In this document: positions 1 to 10,991 of the stretch, piece after piece
Numbering within the stretch: the first letter of the stretch is position 1
Layout of the letters: each line of letters starts with the position of its first letter
Source: Caecitellus pseudoparvulus
Lineage: Eukaryota > Protista > Bigyra: Bicosoecida
Assembly (NCBI GenBank): GCA_965644315.1
Contig: CBFFRQ010000052.1
Location: forward strand, 240,214-304,213
Length of the DNA: 64,000 nt
Direction: 5' to 3'
Position numbers and translations under genes: made by a program
The notes under the pieces: model-generated
Databases searched by the model: none
What the model saw: only the letters and a program-made list of their open reading frames with translations
What the model was told of the DNA's origin: nothing

Positions 1-3000
1 GCGCCTGTTGGGTACCCACTTCCACCTCGTCGTCGCTGTCCTCGCCCTCAGCGCGCACGATGGACGGAACGTCCACCCATTCGGCTGCCACAGCGTCGCT
101 GGTGGCGGAAGGCGCAGAGCTCGGGCGCCACACATACTTGTTGCCAGGCATGATGAACAGCGTCCCTCGTGTCGCAGCCTTGGCGTTCAGCAGGCGGGCA
201 CGCACGACCAGGGAGGCCGTGCTGCCCAGCTGCGCCACGGCCGCCTGCGCCATGGCCGCTGAAGCCAGAGCATCTGCCTCCTCCTCTTCCTCAAGCAGGA
301 GGCTGGCGGCGCTGGCAGAGGTGCTGGAGCGGTCACGGGCTGAGTCAGGGGAGCTGCGCTCAGACACCTGCACGGCACCAGGCGAGCCACCGCTGCCAGC
401 GCCCCCCTCTTCCTCCTCCTCTGCGTCTGAAGTCCGTTCCTCTGTCTCGTGGATGCCCCGCACAACTCCCGCAGCAGCCAGCTGGGCGGCGAGGGCCTCC
501 TCGCCAACATCTCCCTCGGGCCCGGGCGCCGCCTGACCGCCCCCCCCGCTTTCCCCTGCGGCATTGCTGGCCGAGGAGTACTCCCCGTAACTTTGAGCGG
601 CAAGGATGCCATCGCTGCTCTGCACCAGGCGCTGACGTGGACCCCAGGCCCCCCACTTCAGCATCACCGGTGGCGTGGCATCGTGGCTGTCAAGCTTCCA
701 CCCCGCCCCGGGGCCGCCACCCTGCTCCTCCACCAATGCAGCACTGGCGTCGAGGTGCTGCAGTGCCAGTCCCCCCTGCACGCACTCGCCGTCGACTGCC
801 TCCACAGCCAGTGTGCCTTTCTTCGGCCCCGCGGCCACCGCCGCCTGTGCACTGCGCGACCACGGCGCAGAGGCTCGGCCCACACTCAGGCGCAGGGACG
901 CGGCCAGCTTGGCCAACTGCCTGGCATTGGAAGCCAGCGCTTCCTCCCCAGCTCCCGCGACGCTGGCCAGGGCGGTAGCCACGCCCAATCGGAAGAGCGC
1001 CCACACATGGTTCTTGCTCAGCTCTGCAGGAGGGGTGGGTGGCGCAGTTTCACCGGCGCCTGCTGCCCCCGGCGCCCCAGGAGTCGAGCCCACGTGCATG
1101 CTGTCGGCATGCGAATCCCAGGCAGCCGCTTCAAGCACAGGCACAGGCAAGGCCCGGAGCACAGTCTGCTCGCCGGGCTCTTCTGCAGGCGAACAGCTCT
1201 CCACCCGCTGCACGACGGCATCCACCGTGGCTTGGATGTCCTGCAGGGCGTCGGCAGCTCGCTCTGCCGTTGTGGCGTGCTGCACAGAGGGGCCCCGCGT
1301 GGGCACTGCCGGCTGCACGGCCCGATGCCTCGGCAGCATGGAGGATTGGGTGCTGGCCCCCAGCGCCTCATCCCGCCAGTGCCGAACATCCACCTCCAGC
1401 GGCCCAAAGCGGCTGGTGTTGAGGATCCCCATGACAACATTCCCCGCCAGCTCCTGCCACTCCCCTTGCTCCGCGTGGGCGTGTGTGTCCGGGTGCAGGG
1501 CCAGCAGAGGGGCCAGCGTGGCCAGGAGGTACAGCAGGATTTCTATGTGCGCCGTTTCACTCGTGGCACCCAGCACGCCGCCTGGCCCACCTGGCAGCTG
1601 GTACTGTACCTCTGGCGCCTGGTGACTCGTCACAGGGCCAGTAACGGAGAAGCGGTACACGTCAGGCAGGCGCTTGTGCAGGGCGTGCTGCACCGCGTCG
1701 CACAACGGCTTGACACAAGCGCTGACGACGGGCATGCGAGAGCAGCCTGCTACAGCGTGAGCTGCCAGGTGCAGAAAGCGTAGTTCACCCCACAGGGCTT
1801 CCTGAGGCACGCGCGGCATGCTCTCATGCAGGGCGGGAAGCAATTCCAGGATGGCAGGCGCCACCTCCAAGCAGCACTCGCGCAGGCCGCTTTGCAGGGC
1901 GCTGTGGCAGACAGCATGGACGTTTGTCGCCAGCTGGGCGCTGGAGCTTCCCCTCAGCAGGCTGGAGTTGCGGTGCAGGTGTCGCAGAAGCCGGCAGGCG
2001 ACGGCCGTCCATGCGGCAGCAGCCAGGCCTGGCGTGCCAGCGCCCATGGCGACACACTGGGCCCAGGTGTCCTGCCAGACCTTGTCACCACCTGGGAGAC
2101 CCAGAGCCGCAAGGTGCAGGGCCACCAGCATGTCCAGCGCCACCTCGGAGGAAGCCTGCAGGGTGCTGGAGACGTCGGGGCAGGGAGGCGACAGTGCTGG
2201 CTCGTACACGCCCGGCACACAGGGGACATCCACCAGGCCCAGCAGCAGGGCTTGCCAACCACGCTGCTTGAGCCAGCCGAACGTGTTGGACCTGGCCACG
2301 CTGGGCTGCCCGTGGTCCCCTTCGTCGCTGGACGAAGACAGCACGCTGTGGCACCACAGCAACGGCTCCAGCACCAAGCGCTGCGCCGCCGAAGCGAGGC
2401 GTGGGAGGAGCGTGGCCTGCTTGGCTGCTGGGGCCTTGGCTGCCTGGGCTGCACGCGTGCGCACCTTAGCACTGCACAGGCGCAGTGTCGCCATGAGTGG
2501 CGGGATGGCACTGGGCACGGAGAGCCGGTCATGCTGAGGGGGCACGCCTGAAAAGACGTGGTCGCTCATGGCGGCTGCCGTCGAAGCAGCTGCGCGTGGT
2601 GACACGTGCTGCAGGGCTGCCAAAGCCACGGTGGCCTGCGTGGACAGGTCCAGTTCTTCGCCCACTGCAGCTGCATCGGCAAGCCCCTGCTGCAAGAAGG
2701 CTGCCAAGTTCTCCAGCGCCGACCACAATGTGACGCTGCTGGTCAGGCCCAGGTCCCACAGCTTGGCCATGGTGCTGGACGGCAGGGCTGTGCCGGGGGT
2801 AGCACTCAAGGGCAGTGGTGCAGGCTGCAAGTCTCGGCCAAGCTCCCGCACTGCCTGCAGGCAAGGCGTCGCCAGGCACTGCAGCGCGCGGAGGACAGCT
2901 GCGGACGGCAGCTGCGTGGCCCCTGGTTGGATGCCCCGCAAGCTGGGAGCCAGCGCGCTGGCACGGCCCTTGAGCGCATGAAGAGCACTGCCGGGCATGA

Positions 3001-6000
3001 GTACGCGCAGCACTGCAGCCATGATGCGAGTGGACCGAGGCAGGCTCTGCCGGGGCGTGAGGGCCGCATCCCGTGTAGCAGTTGGTGCGCCCTGGTCAAC
3101 GTCCACTCCCTTCCCTGCGTGCAGGTTGGGGATGATGTCAACTCCTGCCCCGTCCTGCCCAGGCAGTCTGCCCAGGCTCACATGCACCTCGGCGCGGCCG
3201 CTCTCGGACAGCACTGAGGCTGAGCGGGAATGCCCGCCTATCGCGCCATCAGGCACCCCTCTCGTGTCTGCCTCCAGCGTCAGCTGCATGGGGATGCTGC
3301 CCACCTCGCTGAAGGGATCTGTGTCCGATGCCACCTGCGCGCCATCTGCGCTAACCACTTGCCAGTCGCCGGTTGAGCCGGAGCTGGTGGTCTTGGACAG
3401 GCCCGGGCTGTCGCGATCGGGAGTGGCGTCAGGCGTCGGGCGTCTCTGGAAAGACAGGGTGCTGCTGCGGTGGCGTGGCGCGCCAGGGGTGCCGAGGTCG
3501 GCGGGGGATGCGACGTGCATGGACACCCGTGGGCGGCGGGCGCCCCTTGCACTGCGCGCCGAGGGTGAGCCGATGGTTGCACGCCGCACAGGCGTCGCGG
3601 GGCTGGCAGGCACCTGTTCTGACGAAGACAGCGACATGAGCCCCTTCACCGCTACATGCAGAGTGGATGCCAGCAGGTGTGGCGGCTCAGTGCCAGGCCC
3701 AGTGGCCAATGCCTCCGCTGGGCCTGCCCCCCGCGCCAGCTCACCAGCGATGGGGGCAAAAAGCGAGTGCAGCGCCATGCCCACGGTGCGGTATGCCCGG
3801 GAAGCTGTGATGCTGGGGAAGCTGCAGCGAAAGGCCTGCCGCACGGCAGGCTCCATGACTGCCAGGCACACCTCTGTGTCTGCACCGATGGGCACAGTGC
3901 CCGCCCGCTCCACACCGACGATGACTGCAGCAGCCACTGACCACGCCTCCCAATGCCCCAGCAGCGCTGTCAGGACATGCATGCCCATGAGTAGGACGCG
4001 GGTTGGGTGTCCGGCGGGGGGCGGGCAGTCCCGACTGCGCTCTGCATCGGCGCACGCTTCCATCGCAGCTAGAACAGCCGTGGTGGCGCCTCCAGCTGTC
4101 GCGAGGGCGTGGAAGAAGACCATGTGCATGAGCGGGTGCGCGAGCTGCGCCAGCAACGTGCGCAGGAGGACTTCAGACAGAGCTGGGCTGGCTGCTGTGC
4201 CTAGCAGCTGCAACAGGGCCGCAACTTCCATCAGCACCTTGCTCAGTGCCTTTCCGTGTGGGCTGCCGGTGAGGGACTTGGCCATTGGCTCGGCGGCTGC
4301 GAGGGCTTCGCGAGGGGGCTTGGGAGCTCGGTCAGTTTTCCCCGAGTGGTTCTCAAGCTGCTGCAGGAGCAGGGGCAGGGGACTGCCCATGCCCCCCACG
4401 GACCGCCGGGAGGCGAACGCTGCCACATCTTCCGAGGGCCCAGCGTCGCTGGTGCGACTGGCACGGGCTGCGACGCTGCGCATGATGGCAGAGAGGGTGG
4501 ACCCGGCGCCCACTGCTTCGCCTGCAGCACCAGCGAAGGCATTGAGCTTGGTGTCGTTCACAGCGAAGGTGTCTTGCACTAGGAGCAGGATGCCGTGCAC
4601 CTGTGCTGGCACCAGCGCCTCCAGGCCCTGGCACAGCAGCCACACCCAGAGCGCCTGCACATCCTGCAGCTCCTGTGCGTCGGCTGCCCACGCATCCACA
4701 GCCTGCTGGCTGCCAAGAGAGCAGCGGAGGCCGGCCAGGATGGACTCCATGGACAGGTACGGCGTGGAGGCATCGCCGGGGAGGAAGATGTCGGGCCCCA
4801 CTGCCTGCACGATGCTGCACAGGGCCCTGAGCCACGCCAGCTGCACAGGCTGAGAGCAGGCACACCAGACGCGCGGGCGCAGCAAGAAGGCCTGCACGGC
4901 AGCCATGGCCAGCGGCGCACTGCACCTGCATGCCAGCGTCAGCTGCAGCAGGGCGCCGGCGACCTCGGGGCCCAGCACTTCCCGCGTGGAGATGCCACTG
5001 CCACGCAAGCCCACCATGATGAGTTCGGGGGCGCGGATCTGCAAGAAGGACTCCCGGAACGCCAAGTCCACGGCCAGCCGGCGCCCCGTCGCGGCGCACA
5101 GCTGCACCCAGGTCTTGTGCAAGGCAGGGTTGTCGGGCTGTGCCGCCAGTTGCTGCAGGATGGTCCCGAAGGCCAGGCAGCAAGCTGGCCCGGTCAAGGT
5201 GCACAGGGGCGAGTCCCACACCGTGGGGTGGCCCTGAAGCAGGGGGTCTTGCAGCGTGGCGTGGCCGCTGCCTGCTCCAACCACCGCAATGCCACTGCCC
5301 AGCGTGGCCTGCCGGCGCTGCGAAGCCAGCCCCCTGCTGAGGTCCACCTGCAGGGGGCGTGGGAGGGCCGACGCGTGGGAGGGCGCGCTCATGCGGGCCA
5401 TGGAGGAGAAAGTGCCACTGCTGGCCCACACGCCGCAGGTGCGCCCGCCCAGGCGTGCTGTGCCGGCGCCAGGCATGAGCAGGGCGGCGACGGCTGGGAT
5501 GTCGCCGTGGCGCGCGCCGCCCACCACGGTGACGGGGGACGCAAGGGACGTGTGCCGGATGTCAGGGTCCATCAAGACTGGGGCGGGTGCGGGGATGCTG
5601 TGCCAGGCAGTGGGCAGGCTGGGGCCGGCCATGTACAGGGCAGGCACCATGGAGGCGGGGAGGGAGCCGCTGTACAGCGTGGGGCAGGCCAACCCACCCA
5701 CGAGGTTGGTGCCCCACTTGGCAGAGGAGAGGGCGCCCCCTGGAATGGGCACGGTGCCTTGTTTGATGAGGTGCACCGCGTTCAGCCACAAGTCCACGGT
5801 GGCTGGCAGCAGGCGCCGGGCCGTGTGCACCACTACAATGTGGTGCCAGCAGCCCAGGGACAATGCTGCAGTCGCATGTGCCGTGCGAGAGCCGCACGTG
5901 ACCTCCACCCGGTACACGCGAGGCCGATCTGTCTGGGCCAGTTGAATGCTGAGGGCGGCCTTGTCGCTGATGAGCTGCACGGCGACAGTGGCGGCCTGAG

Positions 6001-6160
6001 GCCCAGCAGGCGGAGCTGCCGCGTCCAGCCGGAGGAAGAGGGAAATGCTGTACCCAGTGCTGGAAGCGGAGGTCAATCCGACATAGGGCAGGATGATGCT
6101 TTGTTCAGGAAGGCCTTGGAAGCTGAAGTAGCTCGTCGGCTGCGCTGCATGGAAGTCCAT
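1..6160 (-). CDS. BEACH-domain (neurobeachin/NBEAL-like) protein, N-terminal part; continues beyond left edge
   Basis: ATG at 6160 gives MDFHAAQPTSYFSFQG...GYSISLFLRLD...CWHHIVVVH (ConA/LamG-like module of NBEAL proteins), then a long helical region. Near the edge is VVRARLLNAKAATRGTLFIMPGNKYVWRP, resembling the start of PH-BEACH. The frame is open at both ends I translated. No stop-terminated ORF is listed in this frame, while exact-antisense + ORFs (449, 1826, 2606, 4595) share it. The BEACH domain itself lies outside the window. Confidence 0.7.
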   Translation of the reverse strand, partial: MDFHAAQPTSYFSFQGLPEQSIILPYVGLTSASSTGYSISLFLRLDAAAPPAGPQAATVAVQLISDKAALSIQLAQTDRPRVYRVEVTCGSRTAHATAALSLGCWHHIVVVHTARRLLPATVDLWLNAVHLIKQGTVPIPGGALSSAKWGTNLVGGLACPTLYSGSLPASMVPALYMAGPSLPTAWHSIPAPAPVLMDPDIRHTSLASPVTVVGGARHGDIPAVAALLMPGAGTARLGGRTCGVWASSGTFSSMARMSAPSHASALPRPLQVDLSRGLASQRRQATLGSGIAVVGAGSGHATLQDPLLQGHPTVWDSPLCTLTGPACCLAFGTILQQLAAQPDNPALHKTWVQLCAATGRRLAVDLAFRESFLQIRAPELIMVGLRGSGISTREVLGPEVAGALLQLTLACRCSAPLAMAAVQAFLLRPRVWCACSQPVQLAWLRALCSIVQAVGPDIFLPGDASTPYLSMESILAGLRCSLGSQQAVDAWAADAQELQDVQALWVWLLCQGLEALVPAQVHGILLLVQDTFAVNDTKLNAFAGAAGEAVGAGSTLSAIMRSVAARASRTSDAGPSEDVAAFASRRSVGGMGSPLPLLLQQLENHSGKTDRAPKPPREALAAAEPMAKSLTGSPHGKALSKVLMEVAALLQLLGTAASPALSEVLLRTLLAQLAHPLMHMVFFHALATAGGATTAVLAAMEACADAERSRDCPPPAGHPTRVLLMGMHVLTALLGHWEAWSVAAAVIVGVERAGTVPIGADTEVCLAVMEPAVRQAFRCSFPSITASRAYRTVGMALHSLFAPIAGELARGAGPAEALATGPGTEPPHLLASTLHVAVKGLMSLSSSEQVPASPATPVRRATIGSPSARSARGARRPRVSMHVASPADLGTPGAPRHRSSTLSFQRRPTPDATPDRDSPGLSKTTSSGSTGDWQVVSADGAQVASDTDPFSEVGSIPMQLTLEADTRGVPDGAIGGHSRSASVLSESGRAEVHVSLGRLPGQDGAGVDIIPNLHAGKGVDVDQGAPTATRDAALTPRQSLPRSTRIMAAVLRVLMPGSALHALKGRASALAPSLRGIQPGATQLPSAAVLRALQCLATPCLQAVRELGRDLQPAPLPLSATPGTALPSSTMAKLWDLGLTSSVTLWSALENLAAFLQQGLADAAAVGEELDLSTQATVALAALQHVSPRAAASTAAAMSDHVFSGVPPQHDRLSVPSAIPPLMATLRLCSAKVRTRAAQAAKAPAAKQATLLPRLASAAQRLVLEPLLWCHSVLSSSSDEGDHGQPSVARSNTFGWLKQRGWQALLLGLVDVPCVPGVYEPALSPPCPDVSSTLQASSEVALDMLVALHLAALGLPGGDKVWQDTWAQCVAMGAGTPGLAAAAWTAVACRLLRHLHRNSSLLRGSSSAQLATNVHAVCHSALQSGLRECCLEVAPAILELLPALHESMPRVPQEALWGELRFLHLAAHAVAGCSRMPVVSACVKPLCDAVQHALHKRLPDVYRFSVTGPVTSHQAPEVQYQLPGGPGGVLGATSETAHIEILLYLLATLAPLLALHPDTHAHAEQGEWQELAGNVVMGILNTSRFGPLEVDVRHWRDEALGASTQSSMLPRHRAVQPAVPTRGPSVQHATTAERAADALQDIQATVDAVVQRVESCSPAEEPGEQTVLRALPVPVLEAAAWDSHADSMHVGSTPGAPGAAGAGETAPPTPPAELSKNHVWALFRLGVATALASVAGAGEEALASNARQLAKLAASLRLSVGRASAPWSRSAQAAVAAGPKKGTLAVEAVDGECVQGGLALQHLDASAALVEEQGGGPGAGWKLDSHDATPPVMLKWGAWGPRQRLVQSSDGILAAQSYGEYSSASNAAGESGGGGQAAPGPEGDVGEEALAAQLAAAGVVRGIHETEERTSDAEEEEEGGAGSGGSPGAVQVSERSSPDSARDRSSTSASAASLLLEEEEEADALASAAMAQAAVAQLGSTASLVVRARLLNAKAATRGTLFIMPGNKYVWRPSSAPSATSDAVAAEWVDVPSIVRAEGEDSDDEVEVGTQQA

Positions 6161-6380
6161 GGCTTCCGCAACGTTGCGACGCGAGAGAGTGCGGAACTTG
6201 ACTCAAACTGGTGAGGGGGTTTGTGGTTGCGAGGGGGGGCTGCAGCGCCACCCAGGCTTAGTGTGCACAAAGAGCGTGCAGGGTGCACTTTCAAGTATGT
6301 AAACCGCCATCCAAGGGATTCGATCGAGCATCGCACAGCGAGTTGTGTTTGTCGTGTGGCGATGCCTGCTGCACTGCAGC

Positions 6381-8284
6381 ATGCAGCCCTGCAGCATTTT
6401 GGTGGCTGAGCCGACCCCTCGGGCGAAGGGCAGCGGCGGCAAGGCGCCTGCTGTGTGCGCTTGGAGCACTTCTGGCGTCTGGTATGCCACGACTTCCTCC
6501 AAAACGGGACAGGTCATCGTCAGCGCCGCAGGCGGCCTGCCACACTCCATCACGCTGCCTTACCGAAGGTGTGGCGAGGCGCCTGGGCTGCGCCACTCAC
6601 CCGCCGTGCCGCACCGCCTTTCTCCCTGCCCGACTCGCACAGGCATGTAGAGGCCCTGGTGTGGAGCCCTGATGACGATTTCCTGTTGGTGCAGCAAGCC
6701 TCCACGCCAGGCGTTTGCCTGTGGCAAGTGGCAACGCGCAGTCTCAGGTCAGTCACCATCGGCGCCAGCGCCGTGGCCCGTGCGTGGCTCACCAGCACCA
6801 GCCTGGCACTGTGCTGCGCTCGGGCAGTGTACTGGCTGGATGCCAACGACTCTGCTGCAGCTGCTGTCTCCGTGCTGGGGCCCGCAGACGTGAAGGGCGG
6901 CCGGCGCAGCAGCTCGGCCGCCGCTTGGCAGGGCATGAGTGCCCTGCCGCCTGCCTCCGACGGCTCCGGGCGCATGCTGGTGGCGGGGCATGGACATATG
7001 GCCGTGGTGGCAGTGCACCCCTCGGGCCGCCGCAGGGTGCGTGTGTGCCCCTGGACTGCCCGGGGCAGTCACCTCGTGGTAGCGGGGAGCCACGTCGGCC
7101 AGCTGGACCCCGATGCTGCTGCAGTTGCCTGTGGCCAGCTGGACGAGAGCCAGTTGTTGCAGGAAGGTGTTGGTGCAAGCGGTGGCCCTGGCCCAGGTGA
7201 AGCCACGCCAAGCGCCACCCTCGTCACAAACACTTCCCTGCTCCGCCTGCCTGAGCGGCAGCTGGGCTTCCTGTGCCTGGCCCCCAGCTACGTGCATGAC
7301 AAGGCCAGCGGCACCTGGGCCCGTGCACTGCTGGCTGTCACCCGCAAGGGGCACCTGCTGTGGCTGGATGCCCAGCATGGGCGCTTGGTGCAGCAGCAGG
7401 CCAGCAAACCACGCGGCGCAGCGGCCGTGAGCGATGGTGGAGCCGCTGTGGACCCCACTTGCTCTGCCGTGGCGGCTGCCGTGGATGAGGCGACAGGTGC
7501 CGTGGCCATTGCATGGTCCACTGGCGTCGTCAGCATCCTGTGGCCGTGGCCGGGCCCAGGGGGCGTGCGGTGGGCGGAGGTGGGCGCTGCCGCCCCTTCC
7601 ACCACCGGCGTCCTGACCGACACAGCTCACGGCACGGAGGGACGCGCAGCTCTGCCACCTGCGTGGCTACCAGGCACCGCCCTGGGCATTGGGGCACTTC
7701 GTGACCCAGCAGCGCCGCCTGTGACGGCTTGCCTGCAGCGGGCAGTGTGTGGGTGGTGCAAGGCGGGGGGGGGCGACGTGCCCCCTTCCTCGGCAGCCTC
7801 CACCGAGTCTGACCCAGCCCGAAACAAGGGATGGCCCACCTGCTGTCGTCGAGTAGAACCGGTCGGGGGCAAGATGCAGACGCTGCATGCGCTGAGCTGG
7901 GCACCAGGGGGCATGCAGGCGCTGCAGATGCACTGCACCGCCGGCGCGGCCCGCACCGTGTCCGTGTGCCTGCCGCCCCCCCAGGGCATCCTTGGAAACG
8001 CACCTTGGCCGTTTGTCTGGCGTGGGAGCAGCAGCGTCGTGCTGGGTCGGGTGGCCTCGCCGTTGCGCAGGGTAGCAGCAGGAGGCAGCTGGAACGGGCG
8101 TTTGGCTGCACTGCTGCACAGCACCGACAGTGTGTGGCAGGCGCTGGACCACTTGCCACCAGGCAGCTCGTGCGAGAGCACGCCGTCCATGGCGGGGTGG
8201 GCGGCTGCCTTGCGTGCGCTCATCGGACTGTGCATGCTGTACCTGGTCGCTCACATCGTGCTGCAGCAGGCGATGCCTGCGTGA
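6381..8284 (+). CDS. Uncharacterised WD40/beta-propeller-like protein with C-terminal transmembrane helix
   Basis: Exon 1 MQPCSIL...VCAWSTSGVWYATT...PYR; intron 6569-6642 (GT-AG, 74 nt); exon 2 HVEALVWSPDDDFLLV...VCLWQV. Hydrophobic C-tail AGWAAALRALIGLCMLYLVAHIVL. Confidence 0.55.
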
Positions 8285-8406
8285 CCAGGCATGCCACGTT
8301 GAGGCGCTCGCCAGGGAACTTTTCAGCTCAAATGTAATGTTCCACCCAATGCACCAAGTCCGTGTGCCTCCTGCTGGGACATTCACACGGCGCAGGCTCA
8401 GCCAGC

Positions 8407-9193
8407 ATGGCTGTCACTCACGCAGTGCTTCGGCGCTGGTCTCGAGCAGCTCGAATTCCGCAGCTCACGCAGCAACCGCCAGCTCGCTGCATGACCCTGG
8501 CGAACCGAAGGCACCATGTGAACCCTCTCAGCAGCTCTCTGACTGAGAGAATGGACGCCATTGAATGGAGCGACCACCTCGTGGACACGTCTCTTCCAGT
8601 GCACCTGGACATCGGGTGCGTGCACTGGTCTTGCTCGCCAGGCAGGCTTGCCCCACGCTCAACGTGACATACACGCGCCCTCCGTTCACAGGTGTGGGAC
8701 AGGGCAGTTCGTGCATGATCTGGCCCGGCACGAGCCTGGACGCAACTTCGTCGGCGTGGACATCCGCCACGCGTACATCGAGGAAGCACTGGGCCGGGTG
8801 GTGCCCAAGCCACCCAACGTGCACTTCGTGCGCGGAAACTTGCAGTTCAACGCAGAGGCCATCCTAGGCGGACTGCCACATGGCGTCGCCTCCATCAGCA
8901 TCATGTACCCCGACCCTTGGTTCAAGTCGTCTCACCAGAAGCGCCGGCTGGTGACACCTGCGTTCCTCTCAGCCTTAGCGCCGTTTGTGGCGCCGGGCGC
9001 AGCCGTGCACTTCCAGACGGATGTCTTTGAGCTGTTCATGGCGGCAGAGGAAAGCTTCGCTTCCAGCCCTGACTTCCAAGTGCTCTCCTCTGACCCCAAA
9101 GGCAGTCCCTTCCCCGTGCAGACGCCCTTCGAGCAGCGCACCAGTGAAGTGGAGCACAGCGGCAAGTTCATGCTGGCTATCCTGAAGTCATGA
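8407..9193 (+). CDS. trmB: tRNA (guanine-N7)-methyltransferase, bacterial TrmB type, with Arg-rich putative organellar presequence
   Basis: RRHHVNPL, LDIG|CGTGQF (intron 8616-8691), GVDIR, YPDPWFKSSHQKRR, FQTD, TPFEQR. Confidence 0.9.
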
Positions 9194-9484
9194 GGTTGCA
9201 ACCTTGCCTCTTACTTGGATGTCACCTTTCTAACCTGCCTCCGAGTGCTGGTGCATGTCTGCAGTGGAGCGCTGCCAGCCGACCACAGCACCAAGCCTGC
9301 TGGGTTGCCACATCTGCACAATGCACGGTCCCCTGTACTTCTCTTTTCCTGCTGGAGCACTAGGGTAGCCACACTACACTTCGTCCACGGGCCGTGCACC
9401 ATCCAGTCCCTCCCTGCTGCAGGCTGTGGGATTTTTCGGGGGTGTGCGGGGGCCGCGTTTCGTGCGAAACGCGGGGGTGCCCAC

Positions 9485-10693
9485 ATGGCTTCTGTGCAGG
9501 CACGGCTGCCGCTGAAGCACACAGGCTTCGTGCATGACGTGGCGTACGACTTCTTCGGTGAGCGACTGGCCACTGCAGGGGCTGACCACGTCGTGAACGT
9601 GTATGCGGTGAACGAGGAGGGGCAGTGGGTGCTGCAGAGCAGCATTTCTGCTCACACCGCGCCCATCATGAGGCTGGACTGGGCTCACCCTGAATTCGGG
9701 ACGCTCATCGCATCCGCCTCTCTGGACCACAAGGTGGCCATTTGGGAGGAGCAGGAGATGGTGGACGAGGCCACTGGCACCGTGCAGCTGCAGTTCAGGT
9801 GTGCTGGGCGGTTGGAGGATTCACGCCTGGGCGTGAATGACGTGCAGTTTGCCCCTCGGCACGCGGGGCTGCAAGTCGCCACTGGCAGTGCAGACGGCAA
9901 CGTGAGGGTGTACAAGGTCACGGACAGCACCGACACCCAGCACTGGCAGCTGCAGGCGACGTTTCAAGCTGACGAGCACGACGTGCGGGGAGTGGCCTGG
10001 TGCACAAGCCGGAACGACGCCAGCATGCTGGTTGTGGGGGGCGCCATGCCTGTGGTCACCGTGTGGATGCAGTGCACAGACCCCAAGGAGTGGCGCTGTT
10101 GTGCGGAGTTGTGCGGCCACTCTGGCGCCGTGCATGGCGTGGCCTGGGCGCCGGAGTGTGGGCGCGGCTTCCACTGCCTGGCCTCAGCGTCTGCTGACGG
10201 CACCTTGCGGGTGTGGAAGCTGGAGGCAGCGGAGGGCACGTCCAGTGCACCTCGCGCTGAAGCTGGCGCTGCGCCCGCCACCGACACTGCCCTGGCCCCG
10301 GTGCCGGCGGCCCAGGCAGGCTTGCGAGTGAGCAGCGAGGGAGCGTTTGACGACCACCGCAGCCCAGTGTGGCGCGTGCAGTTCGACGTGACGGGGACAC
10401 ACATCACCTCCTGTGGCGATGATGGCGTGCTGCGTGTGTGGAAACGCGACTTCTCGGGCAAGTGGGTGGCGGCGTCGCAGGTAGCCGTGACTGCGCCGCG
10501 GGACCTGTCAGAGGCAGAGGCGTCCGCTCTGACAGGGCACTACACGCCAAGTGAGGACACTGGGTTGAGTCAAGGGGAAGGGGTGGGGGCGCCGGGTGGG
10601 AGCGCCGCCCCTGCGGAGGGTCACCAAGCCCTTCCTGAGTCAGGCGAGGGCGACGACAGGCAGGGGGGAGATGACACGCCTTCCTCAGGCTGA
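9485..10693 (+). CDS. SEH1: Nucleoporin/GATOR2 subunit Seh1 (WD40)
   Basis: VHDVAYDFFGERLAT, WAHPEFGTLIAS, VNDVQFAPRHAGLQVAT, GRGFHCLAS, HRSPVWRVQFDVTGT, GDDGVLRVWK. Confidence 0.9.
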   Translation: MASVQARLPLKHTGFVHDVAYDFFGERLATAGADHVVNVYAVNEEGQWVLQSSISAHTAPIMRLDWAHPEFGTLIASASLDHKVAIWEEQEMVDEATGTVQLQFRCAGRLEDSRLGVNDVQFAPRHAGLQVATGSADGNVRVYKVTDSTDTQHWQLQATFQADEHDVRGVAWCTSRNDASMLVVGGAMPVVTVWMQCTDPKEWRCCAELCGHSGAVHGVAWAPECGRGFHCLASASADGTLRVWKLEAAEGTSSAPRAEAGAAPATDTALAPVPAAQAGLRVSSEGAFDDHRSPVWRVQFDVTGTHITSCGDDGVLRVWKRDFSGKWVAASQVAVTAPRDLSEAEASALTGHYTPSEDTGLSQGEGVGAPGGSAAPAEGHQALPESGEGDDRQGGDDTPSSG

Positions 10694-10991
10694 AGTCGGT
10701 GCTGGGCCTTGCATCAGTGTGGGAGGGCGTCTCTGCGTGCGTCATGCTGGCGTCTGTGTGGGTCGGAGGTACGCGGCGTGGGGAGATCTGCCTTGCCGCG
10801 ACTGCAACGAGCGGTGTGACGAGCACCGCCTCTTTCCCTCCCCGCTCCAGGCGCAAGAGTCGCCACAACGCCAGAGCGGGAACAATCCAATCTTTTGGGG
10901 AGGTGAGCCATCACCTTCTACTCTACATGCAGGAAGCACGCAGCACAGGGGCGCTGCAGGTGCTGTCTGCAAGCACGCGCTTCTTGCAGCC

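Noticed and set aside
449-6214. Long + strand ORFs (449-1783, 2997-4853, 4595-6214)
   Set aside because: Antisense or off-frame shadows of the minus-strand BEACH-type gene; stops are scarce at this GC
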